Assembly (NCBI GenBank): GCA_963796685.1
Contig: CAWCMR010000009.1
Location: forward strand, 160,001 to 224,000
Length of the DNA: 64,000 bases
Direction: 5' to 3'
From: an uncultured delta proteobacterium
Lineage (GTDB): Bacteria; Myxococcota_A; Polyangia; Fen-1088
Part shown: positions 8,227 to 19,843 of the stretch, piece after piece
Layout of the letters: every line of letters starts with the position of its first letter
How positions within the stretch are numbered: the stretch's first letter is position 1
Notes under the pieces: model-generated
Databases searched by the model: none
Told to the model about the DNA's origin: nothing
What the model saw: the letters and a program-made list of their open reading frames with translations, nothing else
Translations under genes and position numbers: made by a program

Positions 8227-10530
8227 TTACGGCAGGATCGTGATGACTTGACAGTTGCCATCGCAGTCCTGTCCAGGCTGGCCATTGTCGGGCCCGAGAT
8301 CGCACTGCTCGCCAAAGGAAGAGTCCACGTTCCCGTCCCCGCAATAGGGCGGCGTTCGGCAACCCGGCGCGCAACCGGTCGCCATGCCGTAGGTCGACAG
8401 GTTGACCCCATCGTCGCATTGTTCGGGTGGGTTCTGCACGACGCTGTCGCCACAGCGGGGCGGCAAGGTGCAGTCCGGGTTGCAGGTTCCGTAGGCACCG
8501 GTGTTGTTCGCGGCACCGAGGTCGCACGCCTCTCCGCGCGTGACGATGCCGTCGCCGCAAACGCCCTGGCAGACGCTCTTCGGGGCGTTGAACCCGCTTA
8601 GGGTCAGCTTGTAGTTGGAGCCGATCACGTGGCGCTCGGCCTGGAAAACGGCGATCTCGTAGATGTTGCCGGCCACCAACCCGAAGCCGCCCGCCACCGT
8701 CGTGCAGTCCGACGGCGCCGGCGTGTCGCACACCGCCTGACCCGCGCACGCCGGCGACGTGTCGTCGACGCAGACCTGGGTGTTGGCGCCGTCGAGCGTG
8801 ACGACGCCGCGCAGCTCACCGTGGATGCCGCCGAGATCGACGGAGAGCTGACCGTCTACGAACACCCACACGTCGTCGTCGCCGCGGAACTCGAGTTGCT
8901 CGCCACCGTTGTACTGAAACCAGTAATGCGTCTCGCTCGTGAAGCTGAAATTGTGAACCAAGGTGGGATTGGTGGCCGGGTAGCTGATGTCGCCGAAGCC
9001 CTGGCCGTCGATTGGGAAGAACGCCGAGCTGTAGTACTGGTAGGTGCCGGCGCTGATCTGGCTCAGGGTCAGCGTGCTCTGGATGGTAATACGCATGACG
9101 GCTGGGTTCGCCGCGTCCACGGCGGCGTTGCCCGTGGCATTCGGATCGTCGGTGTACCACTGCGCGTAAGCCTGTGCGATCTGGTCCGTGGTGGTCAGCG
9201 ACGCTGGCGTATTGCTGGCACTCTTGGTGTAGAAGGTGGCCCCGGTTGCATCGCTCATGACAGCTCCGGTGGTGTCCATGGGCGGTCCGTCCATGGTCCA
9301 TGGCCGGCCCAGCGAGGTGCCGGCATTGCTACCGACGTACGACGGGTTGTACACCGGCTTGCCGTTCACTCCAATGGCGCTGCTGGCGATGCCTGCCTGC
9401 CGCCGGATGTAAACGGGATCGACTTCGAACTGCGGGTGGTGCCAATTGAAGTCGCGGTAGAGGATAGGCACGGTCAGCGAGGAGCCGAGCGCCGGCTCTG
9501 TTGCCGTGCAGGCGTACCCGGGCTCGATGGTGCAGGTCGACGAGCAACCGTCGCCGTCTTGGTTGTTGCCGTCGTCGCACGCCTCGTCGGGCATCTTGAT
9601 ACCGTCGCCGCACACCGAGAAGCACTGGTAGGACTGGGTAATGTCGTCGTTCGGGTATCCGCACTTCGGCTCGTTCGTGCAGGTCGGCGAGCAGCCATCG
9701 AACGGTACGGTGTTGCCGTCGTCGCACTGCTCGGTCCCTTCCTTCTTCCCGTCGCCACATACCGTCGGATAGCACTCGGTCGACAGCGCCGTCGGATGCC
9801 ACTGGTCGGGCCCGCAGGCATAGCCCGTTTCGAGTTGGCAGGTCGATGAGCAGCCGTCGCCAGAGACCGTGTTGCCATCGTCGCACTGCTCGGCGCCGGC
9901 CACGATGCCGTCTCCGCAGGCTGCGGCAACGCACGCAGCATCGAGCACGGGACAGGTCCACCCTGGTTCGAGTTGGCAGGTCGAGCTACACCCGTCACCC
10001 GAAACGGTGTTTCCGTCGTCGCATTGCTCGGTCCCGCTGATTCTGCCGTCCCCACAGCGTACGGTGGAAACGCACGGTTGTCCGGCCACCGGGCAGACGT
10101 AGTCGGACTCGACGATGCACTGCGGGTTGCAGCCGTCGCCAGCCTTGGTGTTCCCGTCGTCACACCCTTCGCCCTTGTCGAGGATGCCGTTGCCACAACA
10201 CGACCCGGCGTCGGTCTCCAAACAGGCCGGCGCGACGTCGGCAGCCGTGCCTGCATCAGGCAGCGTGATAGTGACGTCTGTGCTCCCGCCGGTGCCCTGA
10301 TTGGCGCCACCACCGGCGGCTCCGCCTCCTCCGGCTCCACCTCCTCCGCTCCCTCCTGCACCGCCTCCCCCACCAACGACTCCGACCTGGGAGCTGCAGG
10401 CAACCAGGCAAGAACCAAGGCAGATTGCAATCCGCTTGCTGGCCAGACGCAAGGCGGTGCGATTCGGCAGCGAGGAGGCAAATGCCATCCATCGCGAGCT
10501 TGTGCTGTGACAGATCGAGTTGGTTCGCAT
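8227..10530 (-). CDS. Myxobacterial Cys-rich repeat (DUF4215-type) / fibro-slime domain lipoprotein
   Basis: Multiple CGDG....EQCDDGN...GDGC repeats; YRDF, FFPIDG, HNFSFTSE, FRGDDDVWVF..G.L.VDLGGIH, FQAERH; LVAC lipobox. Confidence 0.93.
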   Translation of the reverse strand: MRTNSICHSTSSRWMAFASSLPNRTALRLASKRIAICLGSCLVACSSQVGVVGGGGGAGGSGGGGAGGGGAAGGGANQGTGGSTDVTITLPDAGTAADVAPACLETDAGSCCGNGILDKGEGCDDGNTKAGDGCNPQCIVESDYVCPVAGQPCVSTVRCGDGRISGTEQCDDGNTVSGDGCSSTCQLEPGWTCPVLDAACVAAACGDGIVAGAEQCDDGNTVSGDGCSSTCQLETGYACGPDQWHPTALSTECYPTVCGDGKKEGTEQCDDGNTVPFDGCSPTCTNEPKCGYPNDDITQSYQCFSVCGDGIKMPDEACDDGNNQDGDGCSSTCTIEPGYACTATEPALGSSLTVPILYRDFNWHHPQFEVDPVYIRRQAGIASSAIGVNGKPVYNPSYVGSNAGTSLGRPWTMDGPPMDTTGAVMSDATGATFYTKSASNTPASLTTTDQIAQAYAQWYTDDPNATGNAAVDAANPAVMRITIQSTLTLSQISAGTYQYYSSAFFPIDGQGFGDISYPATNPTLVHNFSFTSETHYWFQYNGGEQLEFRGDDDVWVFVDGQLSVDLGGIHGELRGVVTLDGANTQVCVDDTSPACAGQAVCDTPAPSDCTTVAGGFGLVAGNIYEIAVFQAERHVIGSNYKLTLSGFNAPKSVCQGVCGDGIVTRGEACDLGAANNTGAYGTCNPDCTLPPRCGDSVVQNPPEQCDDGVNLSTYGMATGCAPGCRTPPYCGDGNVDSSFGEQCDLGPDNGQPGQDCDGNCQVITILP

Positions 10531-10754
10531 CGGCGGGTGCTCCTGGCTAGCGGCTCGGACAGTCCGGATACCTTCTTTGTGCCCCGAGCCTGGCTATTGT
10601 TGAATGCAGAATTCAGACCGAGCGCGGCGGAGCGCAGGCACGGCGGAGGAACCAGGTGCTGATTCCTCGTCCCATATTTCCGCCAGCCTTGAACCCCACC
10701 ACGTGGTGCAAGTCGAAAAATGGCCAAGTCGGCAGATCCACGCCGTTCCCTGCC

Positions 10755-13325
10755 CTACTGAATGACGTAGTTGCACTGGCTGTCGCACGGCTGTCCTGGC
10801 TGGCCATTGTTGGCGCCCAGGTCGCATTGCTCGCCTAGGTTGGTGTCGACGATGCCATCGCCGCAGTAGTGGGGCTTGGTGCAGCCGATCGTGCATCCGG
10901 AGGAACCCAGGGTGGTGTCCCCATTCTGCTTGCCGAGGTCGCAGTCCTCGGGTGGACTCTGCACGGTACCGTCGCCGCAGAATGGTCCGAATTTGCACTG
11001 GGTCGTGCAACCGCCGTAGGTGGAGTCGTTGTTCGGGCCGGAGCAACCCGAGGGCGTTGGCACCGAGCCGTCGCCACAGTCGCACTCCTCGCCGCCGGAT
11101 ACGATTCCATCCCCGCAGCGTGGGGTGCAGATCGATCGCTTGGTGGTGTAGCCATTGAGGGTGAGCTGGTAGTTGGATTCGGGTGGGTGACGGTCGCCGC
11201 CGAAGATGGCGATCTCGTAGACCTTGCCGGTGTTGAGGCCCAAGGGGACCGTGCGGACCCGGAAGTCATCCGGTGTCGTGGCGGTGGGAGGGGTGGTGTT
11301 GGTCGGGGAGCAGGCACTCGAGCCCACGGTGACACCGGTGATGTTGCCGGCTGCATCGAGGCACCCGCCTTCCGTCACCTGCGCGTCACCCGGATCGCCC
11401 GTGACGACCACCTTGCCGGGCAACTGCTGATGAACGCTGCCCAAATCGAGGACGAGGACGCCGTTGATGAAGATATAGAGATCGTCGTCGCCGAAGAACT
11501 GGAGCGTGATACCATTGGTGCCGTCGTAGACGAAGTAGTAACGCGCCTCGTCCGTAAAGTAGGAGTCGTGCTTGACGCCCGGGATTGCGGTGACCCAGCA
11601 GCCGTTGCTGAGCGGGTTCTGATTCGGGCAATCGGATTGAACGACGCGAGGTGGGAATAAATATTGATCGCCGGTGCAAGTGCTCCAGATGGGCGTCTTG
11701 CCGTCGCTCCTGTTCCAATACGGCCACAGGTTGCACAAGGTTGCTTCGCTGGGATTCAGGGTATCGAGGGGGAAGAAGCCCCCTTGGGCCAAATGCGACG
11801 TGCTGGCGTACTGGTAGATGTTGGTACCGATCGACGGCATCTCGAGCACCGACGTGAAGGTCTGGTTGACCGTGCTATCGTCGTTCCACCACTGCGAGAA
11901 GCTCTTGGTGCTGGAGTAGGTGGGGACCATGACCCCCTTCACAATCGGCCCGCCAGGGGAGCCCGTCGTATAGGCGGTCACCGACGGAATATAGCCGCCG
12001 TTTCCGTTGGACAGAGGACTGTCGTTGTTGGCCTGGGTGTACCCACCCGGGATATGGCTTGAATTGCTGATGTTCCAGTCGCTGAATTGACATGTGCAGG
12101 TCGTGGTAGGTCCCGGTTGCGGTTTGCCATTGAGCAAGTTGGGAGCCACGATGCCCCAGCAACGGGCCGTCGAATCGTTGCCCTTCGCCGGACCGCCGGA
12201 ATTGGGGACGCAGATGGTCTTGTTGCCGCTCGCGTCCTTGGAACCGTAGAAGTAGAAATCCGGATGACCGTCCGGGGTCAGGTTCTGGGGTTTGAAGTCG
12301 CGGTAGATGATGGGCAATTCGAGACACTGCCCGGTCGTCTGCGTGCAAGGTGAGGAGTCCTGGTAGGTCTTGGTCGTGCAAGTGAAACCGTCCTCTTTCG
12401 TGCAGTGCGAGGAGCACCCATCACCGTCGGCCAGATTGCCGTCGTCGCAGTCTTCCCCCGGATCCAAGTTGCCGTCGCCGCAGGTCGAGGTGCAGGCCTG
12501 GGTCTTGCCGCTGCTGTCCTGGCAAGTCGGCTCTTTCGTGCAGGTCTTCGAGCACCCCTTGCCGTCTCCGTAGAAGAGCCCGTTGACCGCCTTGCAACCG
12601 CTGGGAAGATTCTTGGGGTCGGTGCCGCAGTCACACAGCTCGCCGGTTTCCAGCTTGCCGTTCCCGCACACGGACTGGATACAGGGCTGTCCGAGTGTCG
12701 GGCAGGTGTAGCCTGGCTCGATTTGGCACGTGCTCGAGCAGCCGTCGCCGCTGGCGTCGTTGCCGTCGTCGCAGTTCTCCGAGCCTTTGAGCTGGCCGTC
12801 TCCGCACTTGGGGGTGCACGCCTTGCCCGGCACGCGACACACATAGCCGTCCTCGACGGTCTTGCAGTCTCCCGAGCAACCATCGCCACTGACCGTGTTA
12901 CCGTCGTCGCAGGTCTCGTCGGAGGTCAAGACTCCGTTGCCACACGCCGCGAGATTCGTGCAGGGCTGCCCAGGCGTCCTGCATACGTAGTTGGCTTCGA
13001 GCTGGCAAAGCGCATTGCATCCGTCGCCGCTCGTCGTGTTTCCATCATCGCACTGCTCGCCCGAGTCCAAGCTGCCATTTCCGCAACTTGCCTTCGAACC
13101 GACGGTCACGGTGGTGAGCGTGAGGCCGCCGGTGCCGCCGCCGCCCGAGACGCCGCCGCCGCCCTTGCCACTGCCACCATGGCCCGAGTTTCCAGCAACA
13201 GACGGGCCGATGGTGCCGCCGGATTGGCAGGCATGCCCGCCAAGCAGAAAGACTGCTCCAAGCAGCAGCGTCGGAGAAAGAGCTTTTGTCGTCGCGATGA
13301 TGGGAGAAGAACCTATGGTTGTCAT
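10755..13325 (-). CDS. Second Cys-rich repeat / fibro-slime domain protein
   Basis: Same repeat type; YRDFK, FFPLD, HDSYFTDE, FFGDDDLYIFING.LVLDLGSVH; GGAGG 9 nt before ATG 13325. Confidence 0.93.
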   Translation of the reverse strand: MTTIGSSPIIATTKALSPTLLLGAVFLLGGHACQSGGTIGPSVAGNSGHGGSGKGGGGVSGGGGTGGLTLTTVTVGSKASCGNGSLDSGEQCDDGNTTSGDGCNALCQLEANYVCRTPGQPCTNLAACGNGVLTSDETCDDGNTVSGDGCSGDCKTVEDGYVCRVPGKACTPKCGDGQLKGSENCDDGNDASGDGCSSTCQIEPGYTCPTLGQPCIQSVCGNGKLETGELCDCGTDPKNLPSGCKAVNGLFYGDGKGCSKTCTKEPTCQDSSGKTQACTSTCGDGNLDPGEDCDDGNLADGDGCSSHCTKEDGFTCTTKTYQDSSPCTQTTGQCLELPIIYRDFKPQNLTPDGHPDFYFYGSKDASGNKTICVPNSGGPAKGNDSTARCWGIVAPNLLNGKPQPGPTTTCTCQFSDWNISNSSHIPGGYTQANNDSPLSNGNGGYIPSVTAYTTGSPGGPIVKGVMVPTYSSTKSFSQWWNDDSTVNQTFTSVLEMPSIGTNIYQYASTSHLAQGGFFPLDTLNPSEATLCNLWPYWNRSDGKTPIWSTCTGDQYLFPPRVVQSDCPNQNPLSNGCWVTAIPGVKHDSYFTDEARYYFVYDGTNGITLQFFGDDDLYIFINGVLVLDLGSVHQQLPGKVVVTGDPGDAQVTEGGCLDAAGNITGVTVGSSACSPTNTTPPTATTPDDFRVRTVPLGLNTGKVYEIAIFGGDRHPPESNYQLTLNGYTTKRSICTPRCGDGIVSGGEECDCGDGSVPTPSGCSGPNNDSTYGGCTTQCKFGPFCGDGTVQSPPEDCDLGKQNGDTTLGSSGCTIGCTKPHYCGDGIVDTNLGEQCDLGANNGQPGQPCDSQCNYVIQ

Positions 13326-13389
13326 TGGGCGCAACCTCCGCGGTGCAAGTGTGCAGGCGATTCACGAAGACCGTATTCTGGAGTCTCCC

Positions 13390-13405
13390 TGCAAAGTTGG
13401 TACCG
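13390..13405 (-). promoter_or_regulatory. sigma54 (-24/-12) promoter of the fibro-slime gene
   Basis: CGGTACCAACTTTGCA on the minus strand: GG-N10-GC with TTGC. Confidence 0.65.
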
Positions 13406-13518
13406 CAGAGGAAGGAAACTCAGTCATCCGGAATAGATGATGCGTGTTGGGAGCTTGGTCGGAACGACCACCTTCGCGCTCCCGGCTCGCGTGTACGCTG
13501 CCACCCTGACCTGAAACC

Positions 13519-13574
13519 ACCTCGCCCCGCGAGGCGAGGAGAGGTCGCCGAGCGCAGCGAGGCGGGTGAGGGGC
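13519..13574. repeat. REP-like palindromic element
   Basis: ACCTCGCCCCGC-GAG-GCGAGGAGAGGT followed by CGCCGAGCGCAGCGAGGCGGGTGAGGGG: two imperfect hairpins in intergenic DNA. Confidence 0.55.
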
Positions 13575-13678
13575 TGTCACGTTCACACCTGAAGGATCCG
13601 GGCCTTTGTCCCGGTGGCGTTACTGAGACGGAAAGGGCGCGACCTGAGCGCGCACCCTCGATCGAAAGTCCCGGCTCA

Positions 13679-13715
13679 GCGGCAAAACGCCGCACCTGCA
13701 GCGGCAGACCACCGC
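13679..13715. promoter_or_regulatory. Tandem palindromes, putative enhancer (UAS) for a sigma54 activator
   Basis: GCGGC-AAAAC-GCCGC (13679) and GCGGC-AGACC-ACCGC (13701), 22 bp apart, about 150 bp upstream of the -24/-12 site. Confidence 0.5.
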
Positions 13716-13856
13716 GCCAAGCCTCAGCTCTCGGCGTGCGTCGGCCTAGATGCTGCGCGGGGCAATCTGCCCCAGGCCGCTGCTGGGGATGCGTGAAGAT
13801 CGAAAAGCCGCTCGGCTCTCGTGATCGAGCAACCCCGCCTGTAACCTGCCCCGGAA

Positions 13857-13872
13857 CGGCACGCTCATTGCG
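13857..13872 (+). promoter_or_regulatory. sigma54 promoter of the czcBA-like operon
   Basis: CGGCACGCTCATTGCG closely matches TGGCAC-N5-TTGC. Confidence 0.75.
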
Positions 13873-13980
13873 TAGGCGGCGGTCATGTGCTGGATCCATG
13901 TCCGTGCTGCCTCCTTGGGAACCCTCGAAGCTCGTCCTGGGAGTGGCATCAGGTCGAGAGGCGAGCGTGTAGCTTGGCCC

Positions 13981-15111
13981 ATGAAGAGTCGTTTGCTCCT
14001 CGTTCTCGCGCTCCATCTCGGGGGCGCGTGTCGAAACAGTCCGGTTCGACAGAATTCGATGGATCGACCTTCCGGCGAAATCTGGCTCCGGCACGATCAG
14101 GTGGTTGCGGCCCAATTGGTTGTCGAACCGCTCGCCTTGCAGCCGATCGGCGGCTTGGTGGTGACCAGCGGTCATGTGACCTTCGATGACCTGAAGGTGG
14201 CGCACGTGATGAGCCCGGTCACGGGACGCGTGATTCGCATCGACGCCCAACCGGGCCAGCACGTCAAGAAGGGCGACACGCTTGCCGTCATCGAGTCGCC
14301 GGACGTGGGCAGCGCGTTCTCGGACCTTGAAAAGGCACAGGCGGATGCCATTTCCACGGAGAAGGACTTCAAGAGGCAGAAGGAGCTGTTTGATGTGCAC
14401 GCCGGTTCGCAACGCGACCTCGAAGCCGCGCAAGGCAGCTTCGCCAAGGCGAAGGCGGAGCTTCAGCGGTCGAGGAGAAAGGCGCAGCTTCTGCGCGCCG
14501 GGGGCGCAAGCGCGGTCGAGCAAAGCTATACCTTGCGGGCTCCCATCGGTGGCGAGGTCATCGCGCGCAACGTGAACCCCGGCGCGGAAGTACAGGGACA
14601 ATACACCGGAGGCACCCTCCTCGAGCTGTTCACCATTGGCGAGCTGGATACCGTGTGGGTCATGGCGGATCTGTTCGAAATGGATCTCGGACGTGTCAAA
14701 CCCGGGGATGCGTGTCTGGTCAAGGTGGTCGCCTATCCCGATCGCCTCTTCCATGGCATCGCGGATTGGGTCTCCGACACGATCGATCCGGCCACGCGCA
14801 CCGCCAAGGTTCGCTGCAAGCTGGGCAATGCGGATCGCGCCCTCAAACCCGAAATGTACGCCACGGCCGCCCTGGCGGTGGATCGGCAGAGCGCTCTAGC
14901 GCTCCCGCGCAGCGCGATCCTGCACTTGGGTGATAAAACCATGGCATTCGTCGACCTGGGCAACGCACCCGATGGACGGCTGCGCTTCCAGCGCAGGCTG
15001 GTCTCGGTCAACGAAGGATTGAGTGGCCTCTATCTGCCGGTCGTTCGTGGCATCGCGGCGGGTGAGCGCGTGGTCACCTCCGGGGCCATCCTGCTTTCCG
15101 GGCTGATCTGA
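13981..15111 (+). CDS. czcB: Heavy-metal RND efflux periplasmic adaptor (CzcB/CusB family)
   Basis: SPVTGRV, G..VKKGD.L..IESPD, LRAPIGG.V, IDPATRT.KVR, LKPEMY; directly upstream of the CzcA-like gene. Confidence 0.85.
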   Translation: MKSRLLLVLALHLGGACRNSPVRQNSMDRPSGEIWLRHDQVVAAQLVVEPLALQPIGGLVVTSGHVTFDDLKVAHVMSPVTGRVIRIDAQPGQHVKKGDTLAVIESPDVGSAFSDLEKAQADAISTEKDFKRQKELFDVHAGSQRDLEAAQGSFAKAKAELQRSRRKAQLLRAGGASAVEQSYTLRAPIGGEVIARNVNPGAEVQGQYTGGTLLELFTIGELDTVWVMADLFEMDLGRVKPGDACLVKVVAYPDRLFHGIADWVSDTIDPATRTAKVRCKLGNADRALKPEMYATAALAVDRQSALALPRSAILHLGDKTMAFVDLGNAPDGRLRFQRRLVSVNEGLSGLYLPVVRGIAAGERVVTSGAILLSGLI

Positions 15112-15113
15112 CC

Positions 15114-18100
15114 ATGATTGCCAGATTGGTGGCTTCAGCGGTACGGGCACCCGTACTGGTCGCGGTGCTGGCCATCGCGCTGGTCGGGATTGGCCTCTAT
15201 TCCTACAAGGTGCTCGCCATCGAGGCCTATCCCAACCCGGTCGCGCCCATGATCGAAATCATCGCCCAGCCGCAAGGCTGGAGCGCCGAAGAAGTCGAGC
15301 GCTACGTTTCCCTACCACTCGAAACCGGCCTGGTGGGGATGCTTGGCTTGGAGCACATCCGGTCGCAATCGCTGTTCGGCCTGGCCGACGTGAAGTGCTA
15401 CTTCGGTTGGGATACCTCCTATGCCTTGGCACAGCAGCGAGTGCTCAACCAGCTCAACTTCGTGACCCTGCCCCAAGGGGTGTCGCCGGAGCTGTCGCCC
15501 TGGAGCGCGATCGGCGAGCTCTACCGTTACAAAGTCGTGGGCAAGGGGTACTCGCTTGCCGACCTGAAGACGGTGCAGGACTGGATTCTCGAGAAGCAGT
15601 TCCGGCAGGTGCCGGGGGTCATCGACGTGGTTGGCTTCGGCGGTCTGACCAAGCAGTACCACGTGGAGGTCGATCCCTACCGCTTGCGCGGACGCAGCGT
15701 GCCCCTGTCGCAGCTTCAGGCTGCCATCGCCAACGCCAACCAGAATGTGGGCGGCCAACGCATCACGCTTGGCGCGCAGTCGTTCGATGTGCGTGGGGTC
15801 GGTCTCATCCGTTCCGTGCAGGACATCGGCGACACTACCATTGGCGCTGTCAAGGGCGTGCCGGTCCGGGTGCGCGATGTGGCCAACGTCAGCGTGGGGG
15901 CTGCCCCTCGCCTTGGAATTGTCGGGCAGGATGACGAACCCGACGTGGTCGAGGGCATCGTGCTCATGCGCTATGGCGGCGATTCGCTCAAGACCATCCG
16001 GGGCATTCACGATCGCGTGGACTACATCCACCGCAACCGCGTGCTTCCCCCGGGCATCGACATCGAGCCCGTCTACGACCGTGCCGATCTTGTCAATCTG
16101 ACCACCCACACGGTGATGGAGAATCTCCTTACCGGCATGATCCTCGTCTCCATCGTGCTCTACCTGTTTCTCGGCAATGTCCGCGCCGCGCTCATCACGG
16201 CGATCAACATTCCCTTGGCATTGCTCTTCGCCTTTTCGGGCATGGTGGCCAGCGGCACCGCCGCCAATCTGATTTCCCTGGGCGCCGTGGACTTCGGAAT
16301 CGTCGTCGATTCGACCGTCATCGTGATGGAGAGCATCTTCGTCAAGTTCCTGTGCAAGGGCGGGGATGCGTTCGAGCGCGTGGTCGCGGCGGCGCGCGAG
16401 GTCGGACCGCCCATGTTCGCTTCCACGCTGATTATCGCCGTGGCCTTCATCCCGCTGTTCACCTTGACCGGCGTCGCGGGTGTCATCATGTCGCCGATGG
16501 CGCATACCTATGCCTTCGCCATCGGTGGCGCCATCCTGCTCGCGCTCACGTTCACGCCCACACTCGCCGCGAGAGCACTGCCCATGCGCAACGCCGAGCA
16601 TGGGGAAGGGGAGAGCGTGGCGATGCGCTTCCTCAGCCGGCTCTACCGTCCTTTGTTCGCATTCTCGTTGCGCCGTCCGAGGATGGCTATCTTCGTCGGG
16701 CTGGTCCCGGTGGCGATCGCCTTGGCGGCGTCGGTATTCCTCGGCCGGGAATTCATGCCCAAGCTCGAAGAGGGCAATTTCTGGATCCGTGCGACACTGC
16801 CCATCTCCATTTCACTCGAGCAGTCGGCTCGCTACGTGGGCCGTATGCGTGCCATCGTGCGCGGCTGTCCCGACGACGAGCGGGCCCCGTGCACGAAGGA
16901 ACAGCAGCGTAGGCCGGAAGTGCAAACCGTGGTCTCTCAGCTCGGCCGCCCCGACGACGGCACCGACGTGTCCGGCTTCTACAACATCGAGATCTTGGCC
17001 CCGCTGCGCCCGGCGAAGAAATGGCGCGCGGGTCTGACCAAGGAGATGATGACCCAGGAAATCCAGACGGATCTCACGAATGCCTTTCCCGGCGTGGTAT
17101 TCAACTTCTCCCAGGTCATTTCCGACAACGTGGAAGAGGCCATGTCGGGCGTGAAAGGGGAAAACACCGTCAAAGTCGTCGGTCCCGATCTGCATGTCAA
17201 CGAGACCAAGGCCAACGAGATTGCGGCCGTGCTGGCGAAAGTACCGGGCGTGGCCGATCTGGGCATCTTTCGCTCCCTCGGCCAGCCCGCCATCCGCATC
17301 ACGCCCAACCGGACGCAGATCGGGCGCTACGGGCTCAACACGGGCGACGTTGCCGCGGTCGTGCAAGCCGCCATCGGCGGCCAGGTCATTACCCAGGTAT
17401 TCGAGGGGGAGAAGCGCTTCGATCTGATCTTGCGCTGGGCGGAGCAGTACCGGCGCGACGTGCCCTCCATTCGCAACATTCTGGTGTCGACGCCGGACAG
17501 CTCGCAGGTTCCCCTCGGCCAACTGGCCGAGGTCGTCGAGGAGGAAGGCCCTTCGGTGATCTTTCGCGAAGACCTCAAACGCTACGTACCGGTCAAGTTC
17601 TCGGTGCGTGGTCGCGATCTCGGCTCGACCATTTCGCAGGCACAAGCTGGCATCACCGCGGCGGTCAAGCTGCCGTACGACACGCACCTGGAGTGGGACG
17701 GCGAGATGAACCAGTTGCGCGAGACCACCGAACGCCTTCTGCTCATCGTCCCCGTCACGCTCGTCGTCATCGCGTTTCTTGCCTTCAGCTCGGCCAAGAA
17801 CTGGCGTGACACCCTCATCGTGCTGCTCGGGGTTCCGGTGGCGTGCAGCGGAGGCCTGATGGCTCTCTACGTGACGGGGACCGACTTCTCCATCTCGGCC
17901 GCCATGGGTTTCATTTCCATCCTGGGGGTGGCGGTCCAGGACGCGCTTCTGGTCGTCACCTACGCACGTCAGCTGCGCGAGGACGGCCACACCGCCGAGG
18001 AGAGCGCCCTTTGGGCAGCCGAGCGACGCCTGCGCCCCGTCCTGATGTCGACCTTCGTGGCCATGCTCGGGCTCCTCCCCGCCGCTCTCTCGCGTGGCAT

Positions 18101-18239
18101 CGGTTCGGAAACGCAGAAGCCGCTCGCGATCGTGGTCATCGGCGGCGCGCTCGCGCTGGTCGTCTTGCCTCGCCTGCTCCAGCCCGCGCTGGTCACCCTC
18201 GCCCACCGCAAACGTTCCTCGTTGTCGGGGGTACCCTGA
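15114..18239 (+). CDS. czcA: CusA/CzcA family heavy-metal efflux RND permease
   Basis: IEAYP, SAEEVER, ANLISLGAVDFGIVVD..VIVME, EFMPKLEEG, QLGRPDDGTD, RLRPVLM, GSETQKPLA.VVIGG. Confidence 0.92.
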   Translation: MIARLVASAVRAPVLVAVLAIALVGIGLYSYKVLAIEAYPNPVAPMIEIIAQPQGWSAEEVERYVSLPLETGLVGMLGLEHIRSQSLFGLADVKCYFGWDTSYALAQQRVLNQLNFVTLPQGVSPELSPWSAIGELYRYKVVGKGYSLADLKTVQDWILEKQFRQVPGVIDVVGFGGLTKQYHVEVDPYRLRGRSVPLSQLQAAIANANQNVGGQRITLGAQSFDVRGVGLIRSVQDIGDTTIGAVKGVPVRVRDVANVSVGAAPRLGIVGQDDEPDVVEGIVLMRYGGDSLKTIRGIHDRVDYIHRNRVLPPGIDIEPVYDRADLVNLTTHTVMENLLTGMILVSIVLYLFLGNVRAALITAINIPLALLFAFSGMVASGTAANLISLGAVDFGIVVDSTVIVMESIFVKFLCKGGDAFERVVAAAREVGPPMFASTLIIAVAFIPLFTLTGVAGVIMSPMAHTYAFAIGGAILLALTFTPTLAARALPMRNAEHGEGESVAMRFLSRLYRPLFAFSLRRPRMAIFVGLVPVAIALAASVFLGREFMPKLEEGNFWIRATLPISISLEQSARYVGRMRAIVRGCPDDERAPCTKEQQRRPEVQTVVSQLGRPDDGTDVSGFYNIEILAPLRPAKKWRAGLTKEMMTQEIQTDLTNAFPGVVFNFSQVISDNVEEAMSGVKGENTVKVVGPDLHVNETKANEIAAVLAKVPGVADLGIFRSLGQPAIRITPNRTQIGRYGLNTGDVAAVVQAAIGGQVITQVFEGEKRFDLILRWAEQYRRDVPSIRNILVSTPDSSQVPLGQLAEVVEEEGPSVIFREDLKRYVPVKFSVRGRDLGSTISQAQAGITAAVKLPYDTHLEWDGEMNQLRETTERLLLIVPVTLVVIAFLAFSSAKNWRDTLIVLLGVPVACSGGLMALYVTGTDFSISAAMGFISILGVAVQDALLVVTYARQLREDGHTAEESALWAAERRLRPVLMSTFVAMLGLLPAALSRGIGSETQKPLAIVVIGGALALVVLPRLLQPALVTLAHRKRSSLSGVP

Positions 18240-18472
18240 GACCACCTTGGCAATGCTCCGACTGGCCGCCATGGGCTTGGGATCGATTTGAATCGGGGAT
18301 CCATCGGTGTATCTTCACCACCCGCCGCTTCGTGAACCATGTCTTCCATCCATTTGTTCTACTCGTCGTCCTCATTTACGGTACCCGCACCATCGAGCGA
18401 GGGTGACGCCACGCGTCCGCCCCGCGCCGAAAATGCGTCGTCCTTCTGCATCGCGGGACTCTCCTCCGGATC

Positions 18473-19839
<1,367 letters not shown>

Positions 19840-19843
<4 letters not shown>

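Noticed and set aside
18240-18472. Short hydrophobic frame FVLLVVLIYGTRTIERG* after czcA
   Set aside because: No convincing start or RBS; too short to call.
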